Source of the DNA: a virus
Length of the DNA stretch: 64,000 nt
Direction: 5' to 3' (one strand)
IMG/VR virus record: IMGVR_UViG_3300046535_001869
Span: 45,300-109,299 of that record
Under the pieces are notes generated by a model. It had not been told where the DNA came from and made no database searches. It saw only the letters and a program-made list of their open reading frames with translations. This document shows, one piece after another, positions 9,155 through 18,920 of this stretch; position 1 is the stretch's first letter, and each line of letters opens with the position of its first letter. The position numbers and the translations under genes were made by a program.

Positions 9155-9340
9155 GATGTCTTCCTTACGAAATAAGCCGCCCGCGCCGCGCGATACTCCT
9201 CGCGCGTCGGCCGCGGGGTCGGCGATGCGGGCCGGACGCGGATGAACTCTCGCATATCGGCCTCGTTGACGCAGCGTTAGGCGAGCCACTCGCGGCCGGC
9301 GTGGAGGAAGGTGTGGGTCATGATTCTTTATCATAGTCGT

Positions 9341-10513
9341 TCATAGTGTGTTCTTTAAAATTTTTACAGCTTTTTCAATAAGATCTGGGATTGGCCACGG
9401 CGCGCAGCCCAGGAACAGGCCAGTATCGTGGATCCGATCGGCGTTCGGCGTCGGGTTCGCCTCGCGCCAGGGCGCGCCGTAGGGATGACGGGTAAAGGAC
9501 CCGCCGGTAGGTAAGCGTGCGTCGATCGAGGCTTCGCGCAGGGCCGCGACCAGGGCACGGCGGCGCTCGCGCGACTCGACCGTAAACGGCAGCCCGAACG
9601 GACTGGGAGTCCCCTCGATCCTCGGGTGGACGATCGGTAGATCAGTCGTGAGGCTACGAAATAGGTCGGCGTTGGTGCGACGCGCGGCGATCATCTCGGG
9701 GAGCTTCCGTAGCTGCTCGCGGGCGACCGCGGCGTGGATCTCGACTGGCCGCAAATTGTACCCGAAAATGGTGAAATTGTAGTGCTCCTCAACCTCGGCG
9801 CTGCCCCACCCGGCGTTCCCGTGGTCGCGCAGGAGGCGCATCGTCCGGGCTAGGTCGTCGTCGTCGGTCAGCGCGGCGCCGCCTTCCCAAGCGCTAATCT
9901 GGTGGGAGTAGAAGAAACTAACGGTGGCGATGGCGCCGAACTCGATGGCGTCTACCCCAGGAGGCTTGCCCGCAAAGGCGCCGATCGACTCGCAGGCATC
10001 TACTAGGAGCGGGATGTTGAGACGAGTAGCCAAGATCTGCCAGTCGACAAGATATGCCGGGTTGCCGAGGACCGGAACGGTGACGAGGAGCGACAACTTG
10101 TCCCACTCCATTTCGACGAGGTTTCCGGCGGGCGCATTCCACGTGTCGTCTACGTCGACAACTAGCGGCGCGAGGCCGTGCTGGATCGGGGGAGCATAGG
10201 TCGTGGCCCAGGCGATGGCCGGCGCGGCGAATCGGGAGATCTCCAGGGGAGGATCTCCCATCCACTGCTCGCCGTTCCGGATCCACCCATCCCCAGCGCG
10301 ATGCGCCAGCGCCACCACCGCGATGAGGTTAGCCGACGACCCGGAGTTGACCATCACCGCGTGGCGGCGGCCGTGGAATGCCGCGAGCTCGGCCTCCAGC
10401 GCCTCGGTCTCCGGCCCCATCGTCAGGCGGTCGGAGGCCAGCACGCGGGCGACGGCGGCGGCCTCTTCCGCTCCGTGCGCGCTGAAGGCTGTCGGAAAGT
10501 CCCACGTCGTCAT
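9341..10513 (-). CDS. DegT/DnrJ-family PLP enzyme, ColD-like NDP-4-keto-6-deoxysugar 3-dehydratase
   Basis: VNSGSSANL, DACES, SFFYSHQISAWEGG (His at the usual Schiff-base Lys position), GYNLRP. Confidence 0.82.
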   Translation of the reverse strand: MTTWDFPTAFSAHGAEEAAAVARVLASDRLTMGPETEALEAELAAFHGRRHAVMVNSGSSANLIAVVALAHRAGDGWIRNGEQWMGDPPLEISRFAAPAIAWATTYAPPIQHGLAPLVVDVDDTWNAPAGNLVEMEWDKLSLLVTVPVLGNPAYLVDWQILATRLNIPLLVDACESIGAFAGKPPGVDAIEFGAIATVSFFYSHQISAWEGGAALTDDDDLARTMRLLRDHGNAGWGSAEVEEHYNFTIFGYNLRPVEIHAAVAREQLRKLPEMIAARRTNADLFRSLTTDLPIVHPRIEGTPSPFGLPFTVESRERRRALVAALREASIDARLPTGGSFTRHPYGAPWREANPTPNADRIHDTGLFLGCAPWPIPDLIEKAVKILKNTL

Positions 10514-10783
10514 TAGTATACTCCCAGACCGTGCGCTACGTCGTTCGCGAACAGTAGGACGACCATGAGCAGGACGACCGCACCGATCGCGTATGCTAGT
10601 GCTTCCATTACACCCTCACGTTCCAGATCCGGAGGCCTAGTCGACAGAGCTCGGTGAAGGCCAAACGACGCTTAATGTGAAACTCGTCTCCGGGGTTAAT
10701 AGGGTAAGCTGGATTCTCAATGGCATCGCGGGTCCGCTGGTCGACATTCCGCATTAGGTCCTCGTAGCGGCGCTCCAGGTCGG

Positions 10784-11368
10784 TCATCCCTGGTCCTCCG
10801 TCTCGTATAGCTCCGCCCTCTCGACGAGGATCGTCGACGTCGGACGACGAAGGGCATCCATATAATAGGGGACGATCATGTACGGCTCGAATAGTTCTAT
10901 CACGTGGATAGTCCGCAGCATCGCGCGGAGCGCAGCGACGTAACCGGTGGGAACAAGGTCGACCTCGTCCGAGAGATAGTTGCCGCCCTCAGGGTCGACG
11001 TGCTGCGGACCTGGGTCGAGCGGGATCGGGGAGGCGATCGACGTACGGATGATGACCTTCGGGCGATAGTCGGAGTAGAGCGGGATCGCGTCGAGGTGGA
11101 GGACGAGCTGATTCATCGCCAGCAGAAGGAAGTTGATTCGCGGGTAGACCGCTACCGGGATCGCGCCGGTCAACGACAGCCCCGTGGCGATTCCCATCTG
11201 AGTATCTTCAAAGACAGGCGTCTCGATCATCCTCTCGCGCGGAACGTCGCGGAACGTCGCGGTCATCGCGGTGCCGCCGGCTACGATGGACTGGCCAAGA
11301 AACATGACGCGAGGGTCCTCGGCGAGGAGGGTCATCGCCTCGGTCAGGCGATCACGATAGGTGGTCAA
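10784..11368 (-). CDS. TPP-dependent enzyme, beta/pyrimidine-binding subunit (short)
   Basis: MFLGQS, ETPVFEDTQMGIATGLSL, PRINFLLLAMNQL, DPGPQH. Confidence 0.85.
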   Translation of the reverse strand: MTTYRDRLTEAMTLLAEDPRVMFLGQSIVAGGTAMTATFRDVPRERMIETPVFEDTQMGIATGLSLTGAIPVAVYPRINFLLLAMNQLVLHLDAIPLYSDYRPKVIIRTSIASPIPLDPGPQHVDPEGGNYLSDEVDLVPTGYVAALRAMLRTIHVIELFEPYMIVPYYMDALRRPTSTILVERAELYETEDQG

Positions 11369-11386
11369 AACTCTTTCCTCGTGACG

Positions 11387-12088
11387 TTAGTCATCATCAT
11401 GTAGTCGTAATTTCCCTGGAGCACCAAGGGCATGAATGCCCAACCGCGTAACCCAGTCTAGTATGTGGCACCATCGCCGATCGTCTTTCTCGAATCGGGG
11501 AACCTTACCATCAGCGACATCAAGGCACACACAGGCGACGCAATTCAATTGCGCATCAGCCATTCCAATCTGCTCCATCAGTTCGATGTAGCGAAGATCA
11601 TCGGCGGTCGGTTCAATTGGCACCATGCCATGCGGGTCAGGCAGAGGTACAGGTTCGCCCAACTTAACGTAGGAGTTTGTAGTTTCCCAATGCCGTATCG
11701 TTTGCAAGCATCGCTCGTACCAACGCACCCATTTTTCTGGTTCCCACACGATGTTCGCATTCATCGAGCGTCCGAATCGCTTGTACCAGCGTATCTCGAC
11801 GCCCTCGAACGAGAAATTCGGAGCGTCGGCTAGTTGCTGATCCCAGTCGGCATCTTCGGGCGAACCACCCCAATTATAATAGTGATTCCAAACAATCCCC
11901 TGCGGCAGTGGCGTTAGCCCCCCTTCGTCTGACCACATATCAAAATCGCGACCCGCTTCCCATTGTTTCTGCTGGGTATTCCAATATGCTCGATTCAGGT
12001 GCGCGCGTAACCCCTCTATCAGTGCATCAACGTAATCTGGCAGCGGTGCGCCGACAGGGTTGTTGTGAATTATTTGTCCTAATTCCAT
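11387..12088 (-). CDS. Hypothetical Trp-rich protein inserted between the TPP subunits
   Basis: 233-aa ORF, lower GC than flanks. Confidence 0.65.
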   Translation of the reverse strand: MELGQIIHNNPVGAPLPDYVDALIEGLRAHLNRAYWNTQQKQWEAGRDFDMWSDEGGLTPLPQGIVWNHYYNWGGSPEDADWDQQLADAPNFSFEGVEIRWYKRFGRSMNANIVWEPEKWVRWYERCLQTIRHWETTNSYVKLGEPVPLPDPHGMVPIEPTADDLRYIELMEQIGMADAQLNCVACVCLDVADGKVPRFEKDDRRWCHILDWVTRLGIHALGAPGKLRLHDDD

Positions 12089-12142
12089 TTGTAAAACCAG
12101 CGTCCTTTAAGCGCGGTCACAGTCCGGCACGAAGGATTTTCG

Positions 12143-12733
12143 TCAGAAATCGACGCGGACACCCGCACCAGCGTGCGGGAACTTATTCTTATAGAAGTAT
12201 CGATGCTCCTCTGCCGCCCCCGGGTGTGCGCCCCAAGCCTCCTGCGTATCGGTCATGACGGAGAGGCCGTTATCTTCGACGACGAACGAGATCGGCAGCG
12301 CCTGGCGCCGCGCGTAGGTCGTCGCCTCGTGATATGCTCCAGTCACTGCTGTCATGTCGCCACAAAATACATGAACCTTGGCGTCAGACCCCTGGCGTCT
12401 TAACCCCACCGCGATCCCCACGGCGATCGGCAGGATTCCGCCGACGATCGCCGACGAGACGACCCGGTGCTCGAGGAAGCACAACGTGATCGAGCGGCCG
12501 GCGAGGATCGCGGCGCGGACCTCGTCCGAGGGGACTTCGGCCAGGAGGCAGTGGTAGTGCATTCGCCATGACCCACAGACCCAGTCGCCGCGGGCCGCGT
12601 CGTGGTGCGCGGCGAAGTAGTCGATCAGCTGCTGCTCGTTGCCGCCCGAGAGGTGTACCGGGTGTGGGATCTCGGCGCGGTTGAACCGCTCGGCGATGTC
12701 CGCCTCGAAGGCTATCAGGTCGGCGGGGGTCAT
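12143..12733 (-). CDS. TPP-dependent enzyme, E1 alpha-like subunit (short)
   Basis: PVHLSGGNE, WRMHYH, SSAIVGG, GDM...EDN TPP motif; start MTPADL follows the promoter. Confidence 0.85.
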   Translation of the reverse strand: MTPADLIAFEADIAERFNRAEIPHPVHLSGGNEQQLIDYFAAHHDAARGDWVCGSWRMHYHCLLAEVPSDEVRAAILAGRSITLCFLEHRVVSSAIVGGILPIAVGIAVGLRRQGSDAKVHVFCGDMTAVTGAYHEATTYARRQALPISFVVEDNGLSVMTDTQEAWGAHPGAAEEHRYFYKNKFPHAGAGVRVDF

Positions 12734-12762
12734 CTTCGAGTCCTCCTTCGAGCAGGTTCCCG

Positions 12763-12791
12763 ACCATAGCGCACTAACAACGAAAAGTAAA
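12763..12791 (-). promoter_or_regulatory. Sigma70-type phage promoter TTTACT-N17-TATGGT
   Basis: Member of the TTTACTTTTCG family; upstream of the TPP alpha gene. Confidence 0.7.
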
Positions 12792-13211
12792 CTAAGGAAA
12801 TCGGAATCCACGCTCCTCCCAGAACGCGACGACGCGCGGGTCGGCCTCGCGCTCCAGGCGGAGGTACCACGGCCGACTGACGCCGAGGCTTTCGTACACG
12901 TCGACGAGGAGCTCGCCGGACCGGCGGCGCGCGGCGGCGCACAGCTCGGCCTGGGTGGGTACCAGACCCTCGATCGGTTCGGCAGCGGCGGCGACCTCCG
13001 CGGCTAAGACGCGAGCACCAAGGCCAGCCTCGATCGCACGATAGGAACTGTAGCTAACGCCGATCGTCGCGGCTGCCTCGGTCTGAGTCATCGCCGGCCC
13101 GGCCCGGCCGAAGGTCCTCCCGTTTCGGCTGAGCTGCCGACGGCGCCAGATCCACAGCCGCTCGGCGTCGGTCAGGTAGCCGAGGTCGTAGCGCGTCGAT
13201 ACATCGTTCAT
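12792..13211 (-). CDS. XRE-like HTH protein (two HTHs)
   Basis: MTQTEAAATIGVSYSSYRAIEAG and LGVSRPWYLRLE. Confidence 0.7.
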   Translation of the reverse strand: MNDVSTRYDLGYLTDAERLWIWRRRQLSRNGRTFGRAGPAMTQTEAAATIGVSYSSYRAIEAGLGARVLAAEVAAAAEPIEGLVPTQAELCAAARRRSGELLVDVYESLGVSRPWYLRLEREADPRVVAFWEERGFRFP

Positions 13212-13606
13212 CTGAATCGCTTCGTTATGACGCGTCGTTCAATCGGCGCCAGGTGGCGGAGGATCTCCTTCAGCGGGAACGCGCCCTCGGCGCGGACCAC
13301 CGGCGCGGGTTCGGCGTGCTCGTAGAGTAGACGCGTTCCCACGGCGTCATGGAGGAACCACGTCCGGTCGGCGTATAGCAGGACGTGGTAGAGACCGCCG
13401 GCCTTGACCCACCGCTCGCCGAACAGAACCTGGTCGAGCGTGATCGAGCCGATGGTCGCTTTCATTTCTAGCGTCCCGGTGACCCCGACGAGGCAGTACA
13501 CCGTGTCCGGGAACCCAAGCGAGACGCCGTTCTCGACGCGCTCTAGCACGCCGAACGGCGCGAGGTGGTCGCGCGTGGTGGACCAGGCGTGGGACTCAAG
13601 GGGCAT
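13208..13606 (-). CDS. PD-(D/E)xK nuclease (VRR-NUC/resolvase-like)
   Basis: RVEN...GFPD...LEMK. Confidence 0.65.
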   Translation of the reverse strand: MPLESHAWSTTRDHLAPFGVLERVENGVSLGFPDTVYCLVGVTGTLEMKATIGSITLDQVLFGERWVKAGGLYHVLLYADRTWFLHDAVGTRLLYEHAEPAPVVRAEGAFPLKEILRHLAPIERRVITKRFR

Positions 13607-13791
13607 TAGATTTCAAGAGCCTTCTTCACAGCCGATTTTTCATCGCCCTTATAGGCTTTCTTTAGTCCTTCTTTATCAAATAAAGAGATGAATACCGGAA
13701 GCATCTTACTTGCCGCGAACCTGAAACCGACCCATATCATAAAAGCAGACCAGGCTAAGAAGCCTGCAAATAGAACTAAGGTCTCCATCAC
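13606..13791 (-). CDS. Small membrane protein
   Basis: Hydrophobic N-terminal helix, Lys-rich tail. Confidence 0.55.
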   Translation of the reverse strand: MMETLVLFAGFLAWSAFMIWVGFRFAASKMLPVFISLFDKEGLKKAYKGDEKSAVKKALEI

Positions 13792-14159
13792 CTCACCCTC
13801 CCTCCCGGGTGCCTCTCCGCCGCGCGGTCCGCGGCGTCCACCACGACGGCCCGCTGTCTCGGGCTGACGAACCCGCGAGCGTAGTACTGCTCGCGGATCG
13901 AGTTGAGGACCCCGCGGAATTCACCGCTGGCGTTTCGCATAGCCAGGTCGAACGCGGCCTCGAGGTCGTCGTCCCCAGCCGGGGCAGACTCGACTTCTGC
14001 CACGACCGAGATCACCCTCGACAGTGCCATCTCCCACGTGTAGCCGTTGCGCGCCAGGAGCGACGTCGCCTGACGTAGGCACGCCAGCGCCTCGTGATCG
14101 TTGTCCGACGTCGAGAGGGTCATCAGCTTCTTTAACTGACCGAAGTCCTTGAGGTTCAT
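13788..14159 (-). CDS. Hypothetical protein with DUF2786-like N-terminus
   Basis: LKKLMTLSTSDNDHEALAC. Confidence 0.55.
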   Translation of the reverse strand: MNLKDFGQLKKLMTLSTSDNDHEALACLRQATSLLARNGYTWEMALSRVISVVAEVESAPAGDDDLEAAFDLAMRNASGEFRGVLNSIREQYYARGFVSPRQRAVVVDAADRAAERHPGGRVR

Positions 14160-17100
14160 CCACATCCCTCGTTATACGAGCACCGCGTACAAGTCCGGCA
14201 GGTCCCGGTCCTAACAAGCGACAGGTTGTGACAGTCTGGGCACTCGTCGAGCTCAGCCTTCCTGGCGACGTTTACCCACGCGGCCAGGGCGACCGGTGGT
14301 CGGCTCTCGACGAACTCCGAGATCTTCCGGTGGATCTCCTCGACCCCGACCGCAGCCTCGACCGCCGGGACGTTAGCCAGTTCCTCGCGCCCGAGGTAGT
14401 GGATAGCCACGTCGCGGAAGATCAAGTCGAACAGCGACTGTGCCAACCTGATCCGCTCGTGGCCCTCGACGATCCCCGCCGGCTCGAACTTTGTATGAAC
14501 GAACGCGTCGACGAATTCGTCGAGCGGGACACCGTACTGAAGGCCGATCGAGATCGCCTTGGCGAACCCGTTGACCAGGGAGCGGACGGTCGACCCTTCC
14601 TTGCTCATCTCGGTGAAGATCTCGGCGAGCCGCCCGTCCGGGTACTCCCCGGTGTGGAGATAGACCGAGTGCCCGTCGAGCTTGAACTTTTGCCGATAGC
14701 CGCGAGCGCGTGGAGTTAGCGCCTCGCGTTCATTACGGGAGAAAACCGTATCCGCAACAACAGAATATCGACGCTTGGGATCGGTCAAGAAATCGGTTTC
14801 GCCGGAGGTCTGTGCGATTTTAGGTTTGGCAGCCGCGAGCGGCTGCGTCAGTTTCGACCCGTCGCGGTACAACGCGATGGCCTTGACGCCGAGCCGCCAA
14901 GCCTCGCGGTAGACGCCGGACACGTCCTCGACCGTCGCATCGTTCGGCAGGTTCACGGTCTTCGACGCCGCGCCCGAGAGATGCGGCTGGAGCGCGGCGA
15001 CCATCAACACATGGGCCATCGGGCGGAGGTCGGCGACGCAGTGGAAGACCCGTAGGGTCAGCGTCGGTGCACGATAAATACCGGGCCAACCATCTAGGGT
15101 ACCAGCCTCGCTGATCCAATTTATGGCGTCTCTGGTATCTCGTTCATCGAAACCGAGGCGTCCTAGAGCCATAGGAACCGCCTGGTTGACGATCACCATC
15201 GTCCCGCCGCCGGCCAGCTGCTTGTCCTTGACCAGCGCGTAGTCCGGCTCACACCCGGTGGTGTCGCAGTCCATCACGAACGAGATAGTCCCGGTCGGCG
15301 CGATCAGCGTCGTCTGGGCGTTGCGGAAGGATTTGGCCTCGAGGACATGCTCCCAGACATAGATGGATCGATCGACGATCCTTCCGGCCTGCCCCTCGCA
15401 GCTCACGAAGTCGACCGCCTCGCGGTGCTTGTGCATCACGCCGTAGAACGAGGCAACATTTGCCTCCCACCGAGGGAACGGCCCGAGCTCCTCGGCCAGC
15501 TCCGCCGAGGTCCGATAGGCGACGCCGGTCATCAACGCGGTCAGGGCAGCAGCGAGCGCGCGACCCTCGTCGGAATCGTACGGTAGCGCCAGACGCATCA
15601 GCAACCCACCGAGGTCAGCGTAGCCCAGGCCCAGGGTCCGGTAGTTGTACGCGCCCTCGGCGAACTCGCGCGCCGGGAACGAGGCCATCGAGACGCTGAT
15701 GTCGAGCACCATCGTCCACAGCCGGCAAGCGTGCTCGTAGCGGTCAAGGTCGATCGAGCCGTCGTCGTTAAGGAAGGCGGTCAGGCGGAGGGAGGCGAGG
15801 TTGCACGCCGAGCCGTCATTTGAGTGAAATTCTGCGCACGGGTTCGTCGTCCTAATAGGACCGTCCGCGGCCGTAGTGTGCCAGGAGTTAATCGTATCGT
15901 GGAACAGTAGCCCAGGGTCCGCGCTGGCCCAGGCGGCACGACAGATCTCGTTCCAGACCTCACCGGCGTTAACGATCTTCGCCACCTCGCCGGTCGTGCG
16001 CGCTATCAAGTTCCACGGTTTATGTCCCTCGGCTGAACGCATGAACGCGTCGGTCACTCGGACCGAGTTGTTCGAGTTCTGCCCATCGATCGTCCGCATC
16101 GCCTCGGACTCCCAGGTCGCTGGGAGCGCTTCGGGCTCGAAGCCGTTCTCAAGTCGATCGATCATCGGCTGGGGGATATCGATGCCGATGGGAGCGAACC
16201 CCCCGTATTTTAATCGTAGCACCTGACTCCCGACGTCCATCGCCGCGGCCTTGCCCTCCTCGCGAACCTTCCAGCGAATGAACTCCAGGAGCTCCGGGTG
16301 GTCGTCGTCCAGGCAGACCATCTTGGCCGCGCGCCGGGTCGTCCCACCGGACTGGATCGCTCCGGCGGCTCTATCCCCGATCGCTAGCCAACTCATCACG
16401 CCGGAGGCTCGACCACCTCCGGATAACGGTTCGTGCAGCGCGCGCCAGGTGCTAGGATTTACCCCCGACCCGGACCCGTGCTTGAAGATCCGCGCCTCGC
16501 GGACCCACGTGTCCATGATCCCGCCCTCGTTGACGAGGTCGTCCCGGGTTGGCGTCAGGAAGCAGGCGTGCGGCTGGGGGTTCTCGTAGCTGTTGTAGAC
16601 GCGATCGGCGATCGGCCAGCCGTCATCGGTGACCTTGTGCTCCTTCCCGACCCGCCACATCCCCGAGTCGGGTCCGGCGATGCCGTAGGCCCAGTGGAGG
16701 CCGGTGTTGAACCATTGCGGGGAGTTCGGCACCGCGATCTGCATCGCGAGCATGTAGTAGAGCTCGTCGTAGAACGCGCGGGCGTCCTCCTCTCCGATTT
16801 TATCCGCGTCCGCACCGAGAACTTTGAAGTACCCCTCGCGCCAGCCCCAGTACGTCCACGCGCCGGCCATCCTGTTGAAGATCTGGCGCGCTGAGGTCTC
16901 GGGGCCATACGTTATAGTCCTGTTCGTGCCGCTGTGGGGTTCACGAGGCCTTAACCAAAATGGTAGGGAATGATCTATGTCCTTGACGCTATCAATCGTT
17001 TCGCTCGGCACCCCTGCCTTCCGCAGGTACTTGTCCGCGAGGATGTTCGCAGCGTTCTGGGACCAGCGCGCCGGTACCTCGACCCGCGGCACCTGGGCGA

Positions 17101-17191
17101 CCTTACCGGTGATGGCGACGTCGACGGTCTTCCATTCGATCTGGTCCTCGATGGGACGGTCAGTGGTCGTATATAGGCGGGTTATCTTCAC
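14156..17191 (-). CDS. nrdJ: Class II (adenosylcobalamin-dependent) ribonucleotide reductase
   Basis: PNSPQWFNTG, PQPHACF, GGTTRRAAKM, TNPCAE, CNLASL, APTGTIS, YRDGSK; C-terminal TSCPD-like domain and Zn ribbon. Confidence 0.93.
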   Translation of the reverse strand: MKITRLYTTTDRPIEDQIEWKTVDVAITGKVAQVPRVEVPARWSQNAANILADKYLRKAGVPSETIDSVKDIDHSLPFWLRPREPHSGTNRTITYGPETSARQIFNRMAGAWTYWGWREGYFKVLGADADKIGEEDARAFYDELYYMLAMQIAVPNSPQWFNTGLHWAYGIAGPDSGMWRVGKEHKVTDDGWPIADRVYNSYENPQPHACFLTPTRDDLVNEGGIMDTWVREARIFKHGSGSGVNPSTWRALHEPLSGGGRASGVMSWLAIGDRAAGAIQSGGTTRRAAKMVCLDDDHPELLEFIRWKVREEGKAAAMDVGSQVLRLKYGGFAPIGIDIPQPMIDRLENGFEPEALPATWESEAMRTIDGQNSNNSVRVTDAFMRSAEGHKPWNLIARTTGEVAKIVNAGEVWNEICRAAWASADPGLLFHDTINSWHTTAADGPIRTTNPCAEFHSNDGSACNLASLRLTAFLNDDGSIDLDRYEHACRLWTMVLDISVSMASFPAREFAEGAYNYRTLGLGYADLGGLLMRLALPYDSDEGRALAAALTALMTGVAYRTSAELAEELGPFPRWEANVASFYGVMHKHREAVDFVSCEGQAGRIVDRSIYVWEHVLEAKSFRNAQTTLIAPTGTISFVMDCDTTGCEPDYALVKDKQLAGGGTMVIVNQAVPMALGRLGFDERDTRDAINWISEAGTLDGWPGIYRAPTLTLRVFHCVADLRPMAHVLMVAALQPHLSGAASKTVNLPNDATVEDVSGVYREAWRLGVKAIALYRDGSKLTQPLAAAKPKIAQTSGETDFLTDPKRRYSVVADTVFSRNEREALTPRARGYRQKFKLDGHSVYLHTGEYPDGRLAEIFTEMSKEGSTVRSLVNGFAKAISIGLQYGVPLDEFVDAFVHTKFEPAGIVEGHERIRLAQSLFDLIFRDVAIHYLGREELANVPAVEAAVGVEEIHRKISEFVESRPPVALAAWVNVARKAELDECPDCHNLSLVRTGTCRTCTRCSYNEGCG

Positions 17192-17213
17192 GCGTGTTCT
17201 CCTAACTTCAGTA

Positions 17214-17402
17214 TCACTCCACCCTCCCACCGGCGTACAGGCCGAGGTCGAGGAGCCCGCGGAGCGTCTCGCGTGCAGCGTCGTCTTCGACGATCCGGTA
17301 TCCGTTGAGCTTGATCGGCACCGCCCCGGCGGTCAGTCGGAAGATCACCGGGCCGACGTCGCGGACGGTTAGTTCTCGGCCGGTGGAGTAGATGAGCTTC
17401 AC
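17214..17402 (-). CDS. Hypothetical protein (probable GTG start, MKLIYST)
   Basis: GGAGG RBS; GTGA overlap with upstream ORF. Confidence 0.5.
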   Translation of the reverse strand: MKLIYSTGRELTVRDVGPVIFRLTAGAVPIKLNGYRIVEDDAARETLRGLLDLGLYAGGRVE

Positions 17403-17599
17403 TCGATGCCCCTCCGGTCCTTGCCTAACGGCCAAATCTTATCCTGGTAGATCTGGCCGTGACGTCGGAGCTGCGTTACACCATCGATCTTGTCCCACTC
17501 GGACAGCTCCGGCACCAGCTCGATGGCGCGGCGGCGGAGGACCGGGTCGACGCAGGCCTGGAAGAGGTGGACTAGGCAGGTCAGCTCGCGGATGGTCAC
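17399..17599 (-). CDS. Hypothetical protein
   Basis: Packed ORF. Confidence 0.5.
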   Translation of the reverse strand: MTIRELTCLVHLFQACVDPVLRRRAIELVPELSEWDKIDGVTQLRRHGQIYQDKIWPLGKDRRGIE

Positions 17600-18624
17600 T
17601 TGTCTCCCTCCCAGCCCTGCGGGCGCTCGAAGCCGCCCGCGCCGTGGTGCCCACCGCCCCCGTACAGCGCGCAGACCTTCGACACGTCAGCGCCCTCGGG
17701 GCGCGAGCGGAGGCTGAAGTTGCGCCGGCCATCGCGGTCGTAATAGGTGGCAGCAAAAGCCGCGGCCATCATAAATTCACCGCTAGTACCGGTCATAGAT
17801 TGAGGCTCGGTTAACGCGTGCCCCACATCAGAAGCCAACCACGGCGGGCAGTTGCAGACTGGGACGCGAACGCCGCCAATAACCATCGTGCGGCGGGTGG
17901 TGCGAATGATGGTCTGAACGTCGAGGTCGTGCTTGCGGAGGATGCCGGTGCCCTCCTTGATAAGGTCAGCTCCGAACCAAGCACCTGAATCCGCTATATT
18001 TCCGTTGTCCTCGTATAGCCGATCCCACAGCGCGAAGGAGAGCGGGTAGGAGGTCACCGCGGCGTGGAACGGGCGCGAGCGGTCGTCGGTGAACTTCCAG
18101 ATGTCGTAGTCCTCAACTAGGTCGATGAACCAGGGGCGCGAGACGCCGGGGTTGAAGAAGTCCCAGGTAATGCCGGCGCCACTCCTCGACATATCGAATA
18201 ACACGCCGAGGTTTACTGGAGCGCCGGAAGAAATATATCTTACGGGTTCATCGGTCACATGATATGTCATACCTTGAATAGGAAGCGCTGGCCGACCAGC
18301 GAGTGTTTCGATCATATTGATTTCTAATGCCCAAGAGATAAAGTTTGAACGCGGAGAGGCTAATTCAGCCAGGTCCTCCGCTGCGGATTTATGGTGATCC
18401 AACACGAGCACCGAGCGGGCGGTGCGGGCCATCGCCTCGAGGATCGGACGAGGGTAGGAGAAGTCGACGATCAGGACGTCGCGGTCCTTGACGTCCGGCG
18501 GATCCTGGTTATACGACGCGTAGACGAATTCGACGTTGTTCTGGAGCGCGCGATGGACGACCCAGGAGGCAGCGAAGCCGTCGATGCAGGAGGAGCCGTG
18601 GGCGATGCAGAGGGTTTTGGTCAT
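17596..18624 (-). CDS. DHH/DHHA1 phosphoesterase
   Basis: CIDGF, VDFS, LDHHKSA, SGAG, FSLRS, GGGGH motifs. Confidence 0.88.
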   Translation of the reverse strand: MTKTLCIAHGSSCIDGFAASWVVHRALQNNVEFVYASYNQDPPDVKDRDVLIVDFSYPRPILEAMARTARSVLVLDHHKSAAEDLAELASPRSNFISWALEINMIETLAGRPALPIQGMTYHVTDEPVRYISSGAPVNLGVLFDMSRSGAGITWDFFNPGVSRPWFIDLVEDYDIWKFTDDRSRPFHAAVTSYPLSFALWDRLYEDNGNIADSGAWFGADLIKEGTGILRKHDLDVQTIIRTTRRTMVIGGVRVPVCNCPPWLASDVGHALTEPQSMTGTSGEFMMAAAFAATYYDRDGRRNFSLRSRPEGADVSKVCALYGGGGHHGAGGFERPQGWEGDK

Positions 18625-18920
18625 CGTCCAACTCCGACTAACACGTTGCGGTACCGCGGGACGAACGTCTTCTTGATCTTGACGCCCCTCCACCGCGTGC
18701 CATAGCGACAGAGCGGGCTGGAGCGCCACGCCGACTGCTGAAGGAAGCGCGCCTCGCGCCGGTAGTAGCGCGCTAGGGCCTCCTCGTCGGCCGTGGTTCC
18801 CTCGGTCTGGCCGAAGAGTATCCTTGCCGGAACGTTCATAGCCTCGGAGATGCTCTCCATAAGATCATCGCGCGCCTCGGTGAACTCGGCTAAGGTAGGA
18901 ATTACGGTTACGATCTTCAC
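18621..18920 (-). CDS. Hypothetical protein resembling a portal segment
   Basis: ISEAMNVPARILFGQTEG...RYY. Confidence 0.5.
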   Translation of the reverse strand: MKIVTVIPTLAEFTEARDDLMESISEAMNVPARILFGQTEGTTADEEALARYYRREARFLQQSAWRSSPLCRYGTRWRGVKIKKTFVPRYRNVLVGVGR

